A DNA stretch of 64,000 bases, taken from positions 711,751 through 775,750 of the forward strand of contig OZ037773.1 in NCBI GenBank assembly GCA_964035545.1, in the 5' to 3' direction. The stretch comes from Bugula neritina (taxonomy: Eukaryota > Animalia > Bryozoa). How positions within the stretch are numbered: position 1 is the stretch's first letter; each line of letters starts with the position of its first letter. The position numbers and the translations under genes are program-made. Positions 42,399 to 59,013 of the stretch are shown here, piece after piece. Below the pieces are notes generated by a model. The model searched no databases and was not told where the DNA came from. It saw only the letters and a program-made list of their open reading frames with translations.

Positions 42399-42912
42399 TA
42401 TACATTCCATACAAACTGCTGTAATAATCTGACATTTACTTGACCTTGCCTTACATGTTATACGTTTACTCTGTCGGTTGTAAAGTATTAGCGATATATT
42501 TTGGGTGTTCATGAGTGCAAAAGTCTTCTTGCACGTTTTACTTAAAATGTCAACTGGTTTGTTATCAATGTAGTCTTGATTGTTTCATTTACATGAAATT
42601 TATTAATCCAAGTGAGACAATCTTAATTTGTACTCAGTATTTTGTCCAGCTTTTATGCTTCATATTGAATTAATGCAAATGACATAATTTACTTCGGTAG
42701 TCAGGTAAAATCTCACGTTTCAAATGACTTGCTTTTCACTACTTACAGAAAAATCTGAAAATTTTGAGTTCTAAACTTATGTTTGTTAAATTTTATTATT
42801 TGTTTTCATACTAATATTATACTTTTTGCAATAATTGTTCTTCGTTTTATTTATCAAATTGAGTAATAGCTATTGTCATGTTTAGTAAAATAAATGAATA
42901 ACTGCAATGTGC

Positions 42913-43203
42913 TACCTAACTACATTATATATTATTCTATAGCACTACCACCTAACTATATTATATATTATTCTATAGCACTACCACCTAACTATATTAT
43001 ATATTATTCTATAGCACTACCACCTAACTATATTATATATTATTCTATAGCACTACCACCTAACTATATTATATATTATTCTATAGCACTACCACCTAAC
43101 TACATTATATATTATTCTATAGCACTACCACCTAACTACATTATATATTATTCTATAGCACTACCACCTAACTACATTATATATTATTCTATAGCACTAC
43201 CAC
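42913..43203. repeat. 36-bp minisatellite interrupted by Gypsy element 2 (resumes at 50556-50615)
   Basis: Unit CTACCACCTAACTATATTATATATTATTCTATAGCA. Confidence 0.95.
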
Positions 43204-43822
43204 TGTGATAGATTCTCATCCTCTACTGTTCTCAAGTAACTGCGTGTGTCAGTATTATAATTACTGTTGCGTATATTTTGAATGCTGTAATTGTAGCTAA
43301 GTTGCACTAGCTTTCTAATGTCTTATTATTGCGATTAAGCTTTCAGTATAATGTAATTTTCATTAAATACGCATTTCCAGAGTTATTTTCCCTTTTTTGC
43401 TATTTCATCGTTTTGCATTAATACTGATACTGGAAATTTGTGTAGCTTTTATGAATGCCTTCAATAGGTTGTTATTATAGCTAAATTCTTGGCCTATTGA
43501 ATTATTCATTCTCCTTTGTCTATTTTTCTTTTGTTACTGTCAAGCTTAACTTTCTTTTGTCTGTTGGAACATTCTAGATGTGAATTCTTGTGTATAAAAG
43601 CAGGCGAGTTTCCAGTGTAGATTCAGACTACTACTGGAGCTCGCTGGTAGTAGGACCACATAAGCTGTATCTGATACAATAAAGGTTATCCTCATTTGTA
43701 CTCAAATACTTGGCTTATTCTTTCTAGAGCATGTAGGCACTAGTTGCATTCAGAACCCACAAGTTTACTACATTGGTGGCAGCGGTGGGATTTTCGAATA
43801 ACTAGTTGCCGAGCGGCACGCA

Positions 43823-44725
43823 ATGGCCCCAGGGGACTCAGCCCCTGAGGCAGCAACACCACCAGCCCTCACTGTTGAGGCGCTGGTCACAGCCCTCCAG
43901 GGATTGCGGGGTCAAGGACAGGCATCACCTGGTGACAGGTATCGCCTCCAGCCCCCGAATTTCGGAGGAGAAGAAGACGTAGAGCAATTCATCAGGGAGT
44001 TCCAGGATGTGGCCACCATCGCTGAATGGCCAGTACGGGTGCGCATCCTCCAACTCCGGGCCTGTCTGACAGGCCGGGCCAAGAGCTTCGCTCTTGGGCC
44101 TGATGAAGAGCACATCATGCGGGCTCTCAGAGCCCGGTTCGGCCTAACAGCCGAAGAAGCAGCTGATCGTTTGCAGATAATGAGGAGAGACCGGAAGACT
44201 CCTCTGGAAGATCACGCTAACGAGGTAGAGCGCCTGGCTCAGGCTGCTTTCGGTCAAGCCACTGGCGACGACCGGAAGCGCCTCGTTTATAACGCGTTCT
44301 TCCGGAGCGTGAATCACCCGGACCTGCAGCGATACTGGCTGGCCGCCAAGGTCAACAGTATAGAGGAAGCGCTGGAAATGGGGAAGGCTTACTTCCAGGT
44401 GGAAGAGCCTAGGCGACCGAGCTATACAGCCCGCCAAGTGGTCGAGGAGCATGAGACCACCCCACTTCCAACTCCACAGGTAGCAGCAGCTGCAACTAAA
44501 TCACCCGAGCAGACGCAGCTCACCATGTTAATGGACATGATGAAAGGCCTGCAGGCTACGGTGACGAAGTTGCAGAACGAACAGGCGGATAGGTGGGCTC
44601 CCCGTTCACGGGACAACCCTGTCCGCCCATCTCTGCTAACCTGTTGGGGGTGCGGGGCGCAAGGGCACGTGAGGAGGCACTGCCCTAGAGGCCAAGGGCC
44701 TTTAAACACCCAAGGCTCACGGTAA
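43823..44725 (+). CDS. gag: Gag of Gypsy element 2
   Basis: 300 aa; capsid-like region and CCHC knuckle CWGCGAQGHVRRHC. Confidence 0.95.
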   Translation: MAPGDSAPEAATPPALTVEALVTALQGLRGQGQASPGDRYRLQPPNFGGEEDVEQFIREFQDVATIAEWPVRVRILQLRACLTGRAKSFALGPDEEHIMRALRARFGLTAEEAADRLQIMRRDRKTPLEDHANEVERLAQAAFGQATGDDRKRLVYNAFFRSVNHPDLQRYWLAAKVNSIEEALEMGKAYFQVEEPRRPSYTARQVVEEHETTPLPTPQVAAAATKSPEQTQLTMLMDMMKGLQATVTKLQNEQADRWAPRSRDNPVRPSLLTCWGCGAQGHVRRHCPRGQGPLNTQGSR

Positions 44726-44745
44726 CTTCCGCCAACCGTGGGCCT
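44701..44745 (+). promoter_or_regulatory. Programmed -1 ribosomal frameshift signal
   Basis: Heptamer T TTA AAC in the gag frame, a 5-nt spacer and an 11-bp stem AGGCTCACGGT / ACCGTGGGCCT. Confidence 0.85.
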
Positions 44746-47700
44746 CACGCCAATCCCATCCGGGTTAGGACTCGAAGAGGAGAAGAAGAGACCTCCACAA
44801 GGTCTGCCAATACCGAGTGGCAGAGGCCACGGAGACCTCGGAGACCGCAAGGTCTACCCGATCCTCCGGCCGTGTCACTCGAGACCCGGATGCAGCTAGA
44901 AGAAGCAGGATGGCAGGCACCTCGGAGATCTCGGAGACCGCAAGGTCTACCCGATCCTCCGGCCTGGCCACTCCAGAACCGGTTCGCGGGGTTGCCCGAG
45001 GAGGTTGTGGAGGAGGATTCAGCTTACTCGCAAGAGTACCCCAAGCTATCCTCCCGACCTCAGAAAACCCCCGTTGTCTCTAAGACGAAGAGGAGGCCCG
45101 CTGTGCGGACCCAAGTTGTGTCTCCCCCAGAGACTGACCGCTCCAGGAGCACCCAGCCGTATGGAAGCAGCTACTTCCTGCCCGGAAAGATTTCGGGTAA
45201 AGCTGCCACATTCCTACTGGATACTGGGTGCACTACCAACCTGCTGAGTAGGCGTCTCTTTGACACTCTTGGTGCACGAGAGCGGGCGAGCCTCGAGCCG
45301 TATGAAGGTGCGCATGGTACGTTGGCGGACGGATCATGCATTCCTTTCTACGGCGTCATTTCACTACCTGGACGCGTCCGTGATCAAGCAATTCACGAGA
45401 CGTTCATAGTCAGCCAGCTGAAGGAGGACGCCATCTTGGGAATGCCGTTTCTGGAGAAACATCAGTGTCACATGGATTTCCAGAAGTCAGTGGTGGTGAT
45501 GGCTGGGAAGGAGCTTGTCTGCGTCGACAAGTTCGGAAGGCCCTTGGTGGGCGGAGTCCAGGTAGTGCGGGACTGCACGGTTCCGGGGAGATCTCAGGCG
45601 ACTCTTCGCTGCAGAGTCAACTGCAAGGGGATCGCCGGCCTGGGGGTGGTTGAGGGAACGCACGGAGCGATCCGACTAGCAAACAGCCTGAATCGGCTAG
45701 ATTGTCGGCAGGAGCTCCTCGTGCAGTGCATCAACCCCTTCACGGAACCTGTCCGATTATCGGCTGGAGCGCTGGTGGGGAAGTACCACTCCATCCAGGA
45801 AGCGGATGTGGGTCCGGCACTGGAGACAGTGGCCGACACCCAGGGGAACCCCCCTCACACCAGACGAGGAGCAGTCCCAGAGCATATGGCTGACCTATAT
45901 GATGGAGCGTGTGGAAACTGTACAAGTAGTACTGAACGCCAAGTACTGGCTCAACTACTTGCGGAGTACAGTGATGTCTTCAGTCGTGGCGATGGAGACA
46001 TGGGGCTGACCAAGGTCATCTCCCACGAGATACCCCTGGCAGCCGGCACCACTCCCATCAGGCAGCCTACCCGGCGTCTAGGCCCGGAGAAGGAGAAGGA
46101 GGTGAGCCGACAGGTACAGGATCTTCTCGACCGGGATCTGATTGAGCCTGCCCACGGTGCGTGGAGCTCTCCAGTAGTCCTGGTCAAGAAGAAGGATGGT
46201 AGCTGGAGATTCTGCGTGGACTACCGCAGACTCAACAGTGTTACCATCCAGGACGCCTACCCTCTCCCACGGATAGATGAGTCTCTAGATGCCCTCGCGG
46301 GTAGCAAGTACTTCAGTACTTTGGATCTGCTTAGCGGGTACTGGCAAGTACCCCTCAGTCCTGATGCCCAGGATAAAGCAGCATTCATCACCCGCGACGG
46401 GCTCTGGAAGTGGAAAGTACTGCCATTTGGATTAACGTCCGCTCCGGCAACTTTCCAACGGCTCATGGAGCAGGTCCTCAGTGGGTTACACTGGAAGACC
46501 CTCCTCATCTATCTGGACGACGTCATTGTCATCTCCCCAGACTTCTCGACCCATGTCAGTCGTCTGCGGGAGGTCTTTGACCGTCTCCGGGCAGCTGGAC
46601 TGAAGCTAAAGCCCTCCAAGTGTGCACTCCTGCAGCCGGAAGTCACGTACCTTGGCCATGTGGTTGGCCGTGACGGGGTCGCTACTGACCCGGAGAAGGT
46701 ACAGGCTGTGAAGGAGTGGACTGTCCCCCGTGACCTCCCTGAGTTGCGCGCGTTCCTGGGCCTAGTAGGGTACTACCGGCAGTACATACCTGGCTTCGCA
46801 GGAGTGGCTCAGCCGTTAAATCGGCTGACCGCAAAGGGGGTCCGGTGGCAGTGGACGCAGGAGGAGCAGCAGGCATTTGACCACCTCAAGCAGCGGCTAA
46901 TGGAGGCGCCAATTTTGGCGTATCCTGACCCAGCCCAAGAGTACATCCTGGACACTGACGCCAGCGACCACAGCGTGGGAGCTGTCCTGTCTCAAGTTCA
47001 GGGTGGAAGTGAGGTGGTCGTAGCTTACTACAGCAAGACTCTCGCGGCCGCCGAGAAGAACTACTGCACCACTAGGAAGGAACTCCTAGCAGTAGTCAAG
47101 GCGGTCAAGCACTTTCGGCCATATCTGTATGGGAGAACGTTCCGTTTGCGAACAGACCATGCATCACTGATATGGCTGTGTAAACGTGCAGAGCCCTCGA
47201 GCCAGGTGGCTCGTTGGCTAGAGATTCTTGCCGAGTTCTCTTACCGGATAGAACACCGTGCTGGCCGGAAGCACGGGAACGCTGACGGCATGAGCCGCCG
47301 GCCGGTAGGAGACTGTAAGCAGTGCCTGCACATTGAGAAGCGGGACGGGGGACCCGCTCGCCTTGACGTGGAAACAGAGTTAGGGGAGGGCGCCGTCTAT
47401 CGGTGGGAGCACGGCCATCTTCGGACCGAAACCCACTCAAACGACGTCCAGGCGCTCCACGCCAACCCGACTCTGTACCAGAATGTCAAGGAGCTGTGCC
47501 GACTCCAGGAGACGCTACCCGGCGCGGTAGCGGACATTTTCCGGGCCAAGAAGGAGGGCCGACGACCTAGCGAGGAACAGCAGCGGCAGGGAGACGTTGA
47601 GTTCCAACTCCTCTGTCGTCGCTGGGATGCCCTCAAGGTCAGTCCTGATGGCCTCCTGATGATAACGTTGGCAGCAGACAACCGTCAGCAAGAGAGGGAC

Positions 47701-49800
47701 CGCGTCGTCTGTCCACGCGCCCTCCGACGGGAACTGATCTGGGACACCCATAAGCAGGCTCATTCTGGAGTCAGTCGGGTCATCAGGTGTCTGCGGCTGC
47801 GTTGGTATTGGCCCGGAATGACTCGGGACGTACGACTGCGGGTACGGCAATGCGAGGTCTGCCAAGCTAGCAAGCATGGCCGCCCCACGGAAACCACTGG
47901 TCGACGCCGGCTATACGCTGGTCGACCGTGGCAAGTAGTGGCGGTAGACCTCGTCGGGCCTATGCCGTTATCCGCCAGAGGGAACACCTGGATACTGGTG
48001 CTCACGGACCACTTTACCCGGTGGGCAGATGCTCTGGCTATTCCAGACGCAACAGCCCCCACGGTGGCCCGGACCCTGGACCAACATGTGTTCTGTTACC
48101 TCGGTTTACCCGAGCAGATACATACGGACCAGGGTGCCCAGTTCCAGTCCCAGCTCATGGGAGACCTCTGCCGGATATGGGGGGTGAACCAGAGTCGGAC
48201 CACCCCATATCACCCGCAAGGGAACGGAGTCGTCGAGCGGAACAACAGGATGTTGGGTGACGCCCTCAGGAGCCTGCTCCTTGGTCGAGGTCAGGAAGAA
48301 TGGGACGTGGTGCTGCCGCAAATCATGCGGGCTTACCGCAGCACACCACACTCCGCCACGCAGGAGACCCCAAACTTCCTGATGCTAGGCCGAGAGACGC
48401 GGGTTCCGGAACACCTGACATACCATGTTCCTGCCCCCGAGTCACCGGTACACGAATATGTAGAGGGTCTGATAGACATCATGGGCAAAGCTCATGATGC
48501 ACTGCGTACCCAGCAGTGGCAGACCCGCACAGAGGACTCGGAAGAGCCCCCGTTGTACCAAGTGGGAGACTGGGTCTGGATGGTGAGCTACCGTAGGCGA
48601 CGCGGACAGTCGGCTAAACTTCAGCCCAAGTTCGTCGGTCCCTACTGTGTAGTGGAGGTGCTGCCCAACCACACATACCGTGTGGAGCGCTCTGGACAGG
48701 TCTCGGTCCAGAGCGAGCAGCGCCTGAAGCCTTACCATGCCAGCCCAGACGCAGTGGGTGAGGCTTCACCCCTCCTGGAGCCCCACCGCCAGCCCAACCG
48801 TCGAGGACGGGCCACCCAGCCCCGAGAGGTGGAAATTGTGGTTCCCAGAGAGTCGGACCAGGAGCAGGCCGCCTTGATAGAGCAGCTGGAGCGACAGCAG
48901 AGAGAAGAGCGGGAACAGGAACAGCGGCAAGCCCTAGGACCACCACCCTCCCTGGGGGAGGACACCCCCACCCCCGTGTTGGGTGAAGGCGGGGACCCCC
49001 CTACTAGGGTAGCCCAGGAGCCACCAACACCACAGGTGCCTGTTCCAATTGAGAGGAGCCAGCGGTCAAGAAGACCCCCCAGGTATCTGGCAGACTATGC
49101 TGTAGGGCACCTGGAGTGGCCCCCTCATGAAGACAACCCACCCAGTACGGACGACCACCCCATCTTGGCTGGAAATTCCCTCCATCACCCCGGAGAATTC
49201 CACCAAGAAGAAGATTTCACACAGCTAGCACGTGAGTTACAGCTCAAGTTAAATTCTAATCCTGATACCCCTAAGTATAATTTAAACACTGTTATTCAGA
49301 CCCTAGCATCAGCTATGGGAATTACCTCGCCGGATACCCAAACAGAGGAGCGTAAGGATACCGAGGAGGCCAGTCGATCCGACTCCCCTCCCCCACCAGC
49401 TCCTGTTTCGGCTCCCCGCAGCCAGCAGTACGACACCCCCTCTTCCGAGGTGTGTTCCGCCAGCCTTAGTGGCCCTGACCCCGAACCGGTTGAGCTCCAG
49501 CTCACAGCTGGGGAGGAGCAGGGCACTCTATACGGCGACCACCTCGCAGGCAGAGACGAAGAGGACTCTCCAATACTGGCAATGCCTCGGGCCCTGGTCG
49601 CCCGCCAGTATTGGATATCTGGAGCACCAGGCAACCAGATAGAAGAACAGACTCAGCCAACCCACCCACAATTGCCCCGTCACGGGCAGAGTATGGCACT
49701 TCCTTACCGAGAGTGCGTCCTGGATAGCGCAATCGAGGCCTGGTCCCATATCCTCGATCCAAGTACAGAAGAGATAGAAAGCCTGGTGCACCACCTCTAA
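44701..49800 (+). CDS. pol: Pol of Gypsy element 2 (protease, RT, RNase H, integrase, GPY/F, long acidic/Pro-rich tail), -1 frame relative to gag
   Basis: Frame is open from the slippery site at 44701; LLDTGC, YLDD, DTDASD, HHCC, DDE and KFVGPY motifs. Confidence 0.96.
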   Translation, partial: FKHPRLTVTSANRGPHANPIRVRTRRGEEETSTRSANTEWQRPRRPRRPQGLPDPPAVSLETRMQLEEAGWQAPRRSRRPQGLPDPPAWPLQNRFAGLPEEVVEEDSAYSQEYPKLSSRPQKTPVVSKTKRRPAVRTQVVSPPETDRSRSTQPYGSSYFLPGKISGKAATFLLDTGCTTNLLSRRLFDTLGARERASLEPYEGAHGTLADGSCIPFYGVISLPGRVRDQAIHETFIVSQLKEDAILGMPFLEKHQCHMDFQKSVVVMAGKELVCVDKFGRPLVGGVQVVRDCTVPGRSQATLRCRVNCKGIAGLGVVEGTHGAIRLANSLNRLDCRQELLVQCINPFTEPVRLSAGALVGKYHSIQEADVGPALETVADTQGNPPHTRRGAVPEHMADLYDGACGNCTSSTERQVLAQLLAEYSDVFSRGDGDMGLTKVISHEIPLAAGTTPIRQPTRRLGPEKEKEVSRQVQDLLDRDLIEPAHGAWSSPVVLVKKKDGSWRFCVDYRRLNSVTIQDAYPLPRIDESLDALAGSKYFSTLDLLSGYWQVPLSPDAQDKAAFITRDGLWKWKVLPFGLTSAPATFQRLMEQVLSGLHWKTLLIYLDDVIVISPDFSTHVSRLREVFDRLRAAGLKLKPSKCALLQPEVTYLGHVVGRDGVATDPEKVQAVKEWTVPRDLPELRAFLGLVGYYRQYIPGFAGVAQPLNRLTAKGVRWQWTQEEQQAFDHLKQRLMEAPILAYPDPAQEYILDTDASDHSVGAVLSQVQGGSEVVVAYYSKTLAAAEKNYCTTRKELLAVVKAVKHFRPYLYGRTFRLRTDHASLIWLCKRAEPSSQVARWLEILAEFSYRIEHRAGRKHGNADGMSRRPVGDCKQCLHIEKRDGGPARLDVETELGEGAVYRWEHGHLRTETHSNDVQALHANPTLYQNVKELCRLQETLPGAVADIFRAKKEGRRPSEEQQRQGDVEFQLLCRRWDALKVSPDGLLMITLAADNRQQERDRVVCPRALRRELIWDTHKQAHSGVSRVIRCLRLRWYWPGMTRDVRLRVRQCEVCQASKHGRPTETTGRRRLYAGRPWQVVAVDLVGPMPLSARGNTWILVLTDHFTRWADALAIPDATAPTVARTLDQHVFCYLGLPEQIHTDQGAQFQSQLMGDLCRIWGVNQSRTTPYHPQGNGVVERNNRMLGDALRSLLLGRGQEEWDVVLPQIMRAYRSTPHSATQETPNFLMLGRETRVPEHLTYHVPAPESPVHEYVEGLIDIMGKAHDALRTQQWQTRTEDSEEPPLYQVGDWVWMVSYRRRRGQSAKLQPKFVGPYCVVEVLPNHTYRVERSGQVSVQSEQRLKPYHASPDAVGEASPLLEPHRQPNRRGRATQPREVEIVVPRESDQEQAALIEQLERQQREEREQEQRQALGPPPSLGEDTPTPVLGEGGDPPTRVAQEPPTPQVPVPIERSQRSRRPPRYLADYAVGHLEWPPHEDNPPSTDDHPILAGNSLHHPGEFHQEEDFTQLARELQLKLNSNPDTPKYNLNTVIQTLASAMGITSPDTQTEERKDTEEASRSDSPPPPAPVSAPRSQQYDTPSSEVCSASLSGPDPEPVELQLTAGEEQGTLYGDHLAGRDEEDSPILAMPRALVARQYWISGAPGNQIEEQTQPTHPQLPRHGQSMALPYRECVLDSAIEAWSHILDPSTEEIESLVHHL

Positions 49801-51115
49801 TGATAAAACCGGACAACCAGGGGCCGCTGGCAATAGCCAACTGAACTGTAAATGTTCTCGGGTTACGTGTGATTAATCATAATACTTTCCTGTTAACCGC
49901 ATATTTTTCTACGTTTGTGTTTCATTTTTTTGTGTGGAATCATTGTTTTGTTATCGAAAAGGGGATGCTTTTCGATGGGGGGAGAATGTGATAGATTCTC
50001 ATCCTCTACTGTTCTCAAGTAACTGCGTGTGTCAGTATTATAATTACTGTTGCGTATATTTTGAATGCTGTAATTGTAGCTAAGTTGCACTAGCTTTCTA
50101 ATGTCTTATTATTGCGATTAAGCTTTCAGTATAATGTAATTTTCATTAAATACGCATTTCCAGAGTTATTTTCCCTTTTTTGCTATTTCATCGTTTTGCA
50201 TTAATACTGATACTGGAAATTTGTGTAGCTTTTATGAATGCCTTCAATAGGTTGTTATTATAGCTAAATTCTTGGCCTATTGAATTATTCATTCTCCTTT
50301 GTCTATTTTTCTTTTGTTACTGTCAAGCTTAACTTTCTTTTGTCTGTTGGAACATTCTAGATGTGAATTCTTGTGTATAAAAGCAGGCGAGTTTCCAGTG
50401 TAGATTCAGACTACTACTGGAGCTCGCTGGTAGTAGGACCACATAAGCTGTATCTGATACAATAAAGGTTATCCTCATTTGTACTCAAATACTTGGCTTA
50501 TTCTTTCTAGAGCATGTAGGCACTAGTTGCATTCAGAACCCACAAGTTTACTACACCACCTAACTACATTATATATTATTCTATAACACTACCACCTAAC
50601 TATATTATATATTATTTCATATTATCCCTAAAGCAACCGTTCATTTCTAAACCAAAACAGAAGCCCATGTAATGCATAGTCTAACAATGGAATTAAAATT
50701 GTCATCAATCTCATTTGCTGGGCAGTTTAACTAAATAATTGCAACTAGAACCATTAGATTATCATATTGTTGAACTTTTGCACCTGCTGGTGGAAATCCC
50801 ACTTTATACTCCGTTTGCAAGTCTCACATGCAAGTGTAAGCAGTTGTCTACCTAATCTATAGGTAAATACACAAAAGTGTGCAGCATTTCTCTACCAATA
50901 CATTTCCCGTTAACTGAATTCTTCAACTTAACTTAATGAAGTGATGGTGAATCAGAAGGTAGAGGTACCTGTTGAGTTAATACAAACATATCAATTATAG
51001 AAATTGTTTGATAGCTTGCATTGTAGCATCTGTTACATATACAAACTTAGTGATGTAATATTTCTTTATATATATATAGCCTATATATATATATATAGCC
51101 TATATATATATATAG

Positions 51116-51194
<79 letters not shown>

Positions 51195-51207
51195 CCTATA
51201 TAGCCTA

Positions 51208-51322
<115 letters not shown>

Positions 51323-51366
51323 GTATACGAGAAACATTGTTATTTATTACTTTATTAGGTAAAGTA

Positions 51367-51415
51367 ATTACACTGATATTTCGGGTACCACTGTACCCAT
51401 CTTCAGAGTAGCAAT
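51367..51415 (-). ncRNA. Type I minimal hammerhead ribozyme
   Basis: Same motif as 20315-20363, on the reverse strand. Confidence 0.8.
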
Positions 51416-51629
51416 GAATGAAATTCAAAAATTATTATGTTACGTTAGACGTTATGCATGACACAAAGAATAGAGAGTGGCAGTTATTGTAAATTATTGA
51501 AACTTAGAGAGATAATCTTATTTTATATATTATCTCTCTAAGTTTCAATAATTTACAATAACTGCCACTCTCTATTCTTTGTGTCATGCATAACGTCTAA
51601 CGTAACATAATAATTTTTGAATTTCATTC

Positions 51630-51678
51630 ATTGCTACTCTGAAGATGGGTACAGTGGTACCCGAAATATCAGTGTAAT
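51630..51678 (+). ncRNA. Type I minimal hammerhead ribozyme
   Basis: Same motif as 20315-20363. Confidence 0.8.
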
Positions 51679-51760
51679 TACTTTACCTAATAAAGTAATA
51701 AATAACAATGTTTCTCGTATACCTATTTATAATCAAATTGCTAGCTCGTAAAGATATATT

Positions 51761-51871
<111 letters not shown>

Positions 51872-53287
51872 AAGCAAATATTAAGGTTATATTTTGTGTT
51901 GTGGAGCTGTGAATGAAGATGCATATTTCATAACTATTAAACTATGTACAAATATTCTGTCTGCATGCTCATTGGAATTTCTCCATATATTTCGGGAAAA
52001 TTTTGAACATTCGGGTGAAAATAGATTCAAAACATATAATGTTTATGGTTCTTAGTTTTTCAGTTCTGCAGTGTGACTGTATTACTTGTATGCTCTATAT
52101 TTATTAGCATTTTTCCGTAGTGATAATAACATATTATAATAACTTTGGTTAATTGCCACAAGCTAAAGCAAAATGGTCAGGCCATGCATGCTTTGCTGAA
52201 TTGTTGGTCATTAGAAAACAGTTGCAATGGTTTGACTTGGGACAATTTCCTTGGAGAGTTTCCTATTCTAGGGTTACAAAAACGCTCTTCTGAAAGCAAT
52301 TTACCTTTTGCATAAGTCTGTAACTTACCATCAAAATCAAAGCAGATGATGCAAGATGACCTGCATGGGCCATTCGCTGCCCAATTAGCAAAACTTCACA
52401 TTGATGTAACATCCATGAAAAAACAGCAACAGAAGTTTTATTACTTAGAGATGAATAGTACTTCATGCTTTTCGTTAAAGGCATATAAGTGTTAGATCTT
52501 AGTGCATGCATACATATGCCAGTATATTTACAGTAAATAAAGTTTATATAATATGTAATTTATTATATATAAATACTAGTTATTGGAAAGTTTCCCACTT
52601 CTGAAAGGGGAGCAGAGCAAAAAATGTTAGGAACCTCTTCTCTAGATAATATTATTATGCCTATGTAGAAATAGAAATTTCATTCATTGCAAAAGTGTGA
52701 GCCATGTTCTCTACAAAAGAGGAGACAACCCCCAAAGCAGCTGCTTTACACAGATTGAGTTATATAATACATGTAAAACATTTTGATGCTGATCTTATAT
52801 TATACGTTTTTATAGTTTTATTACTTATCAATCACGCCTGGTATCGTCATTAGATGGCTTTGAATAAAGGCTGCAGCCTCAGTACATGATCAGTTTGCAT
52901 TCGACGTGGTTACCTAACTATAATTGTTACACATTATAAATGGCACTTGCTCTCATTTACGGAGTTGTTAGTCCCCATAAAGGAAACAGTCTTTCAATAG
53001 CGACTCCAACTAACAAAGTTAAACATAGTGATATTATTATTATTTTGTTTCCGTACTGATACTGATGGCAATCTAAATCTTCGACTTTCCATTTCTTAGA
53101 CCTTTGTTTCACAACTACCATCTACCAAGATATTTACAATGCAATGTTTGTGATGTAAATATTTCTCTTCTAATAATCTCCTTATTTTAAGATTAAAAAT
53201 GCAGCATTACAAAGTTAACTACATTTACTAATTTGAAAAAAGTTATTAACTTCTTCACCTGCGGCTACTCCTAGGACTAGGCTATCT

Positions 53288-58002
<4,715 letters not shown>

Positions 58003-59013
58003 TAGCCCGAATCTCGCATTAAGTCATGTTTGTTGACAATCTCAGTTTCCTCTTTTAGATAGCGTCTATCATATATTTATATTTCAACAAGTCTTATCTT
58101 GCCTTCATAGCTCATCATGTCAGCGTCAGAGTTGTGTGCACCACCTCCCTTCAACACTAAATAGCAGTATTGATGACAGGCTCTGCAAATATTAGAATTG
58201 TCATGTTTTCAATGATTAACCTATCATTAGTTGCTGCACAGTTTTGTCTTCCATGATGTGTGAAAACCTTAAGGTGAATTAGTGGGATTTTATGGCAGGT
58301 GTGAGCAGGTGCCCCTATGCGCAGGCTATTTTGGTCACCAAAAGCCTTTCATGTACTAGTAAGTTGGGTGGTTGCAAAGGATATTTTCAGATTGTGTTAG
58401 GCAGGGTGTAACAGTTGTACTACTATGAAATTATAGTTTTTTTAGTATTAATTGAAAATTTTATGCTTTGTGCTAGTGGCTCATGATATTACATATATAT
58501 TTTCAAATTTTTGCTAAAACAATTAGTATGATTTGATTATTAATTCTATGTTCCTATTGATGATTATTTTATATAATATTATGTTAAAATCTCTACACTA
58601 GCTAGTATACTGTCTAAGAAATCTAGATTTTCTTTCATAAAAAACATAAGTATACTAATTATAATGCATCTTTTATTTTATGATTAATTTATAGAACAGG
58701 TGTATTTTTCCAACATGAAAGAAATAAACATTTATGTATATTATAACTTTTTCAAACTAAAAAGTGAAAAGTACATAGAAAATAATAGTTACAATCTGTA
58801 AATAGACTCCGGCTACTGAAATAAAAATTGCTAAAACAAAAGTGAAGAAATTATGCACAGATATGATCAGATCTGGTCAACATTATGCAATAAACAAGGG
58901 GATTAACCATTCAACACTTCACAGGTTACGAGGAACTTTTCACTGGTCAATCACTCCATACAACATCACAAGTAACATTTTAACTTTCCTAAAAATTGCC
59001 TATGTTATGAGAA

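Larger units (their letters stand above)
43204..50555 (+). mobile_element. Full-length, apparently intact Gypsy/Ty3 LTR retrotransposon (7352 bp)
   Basis: 569-bp TG...CA LTRs at 43204-43772 and 49987-50555 with no difference seen by eye; 4-bp TSD CCAC; PBS TGGTGGCAGCGGTGGGATT (tRNA-Leu) at 43774-43792; PPT before 49987; open gag and pol. Confidence 0.99.

Noticed and set aside
44144-49840. Numerous antisense and alternative-frame ORFs inside the Gypsy elements
   Set aside because: Expected by-products of GC-rich coding sequence; no motifs found.
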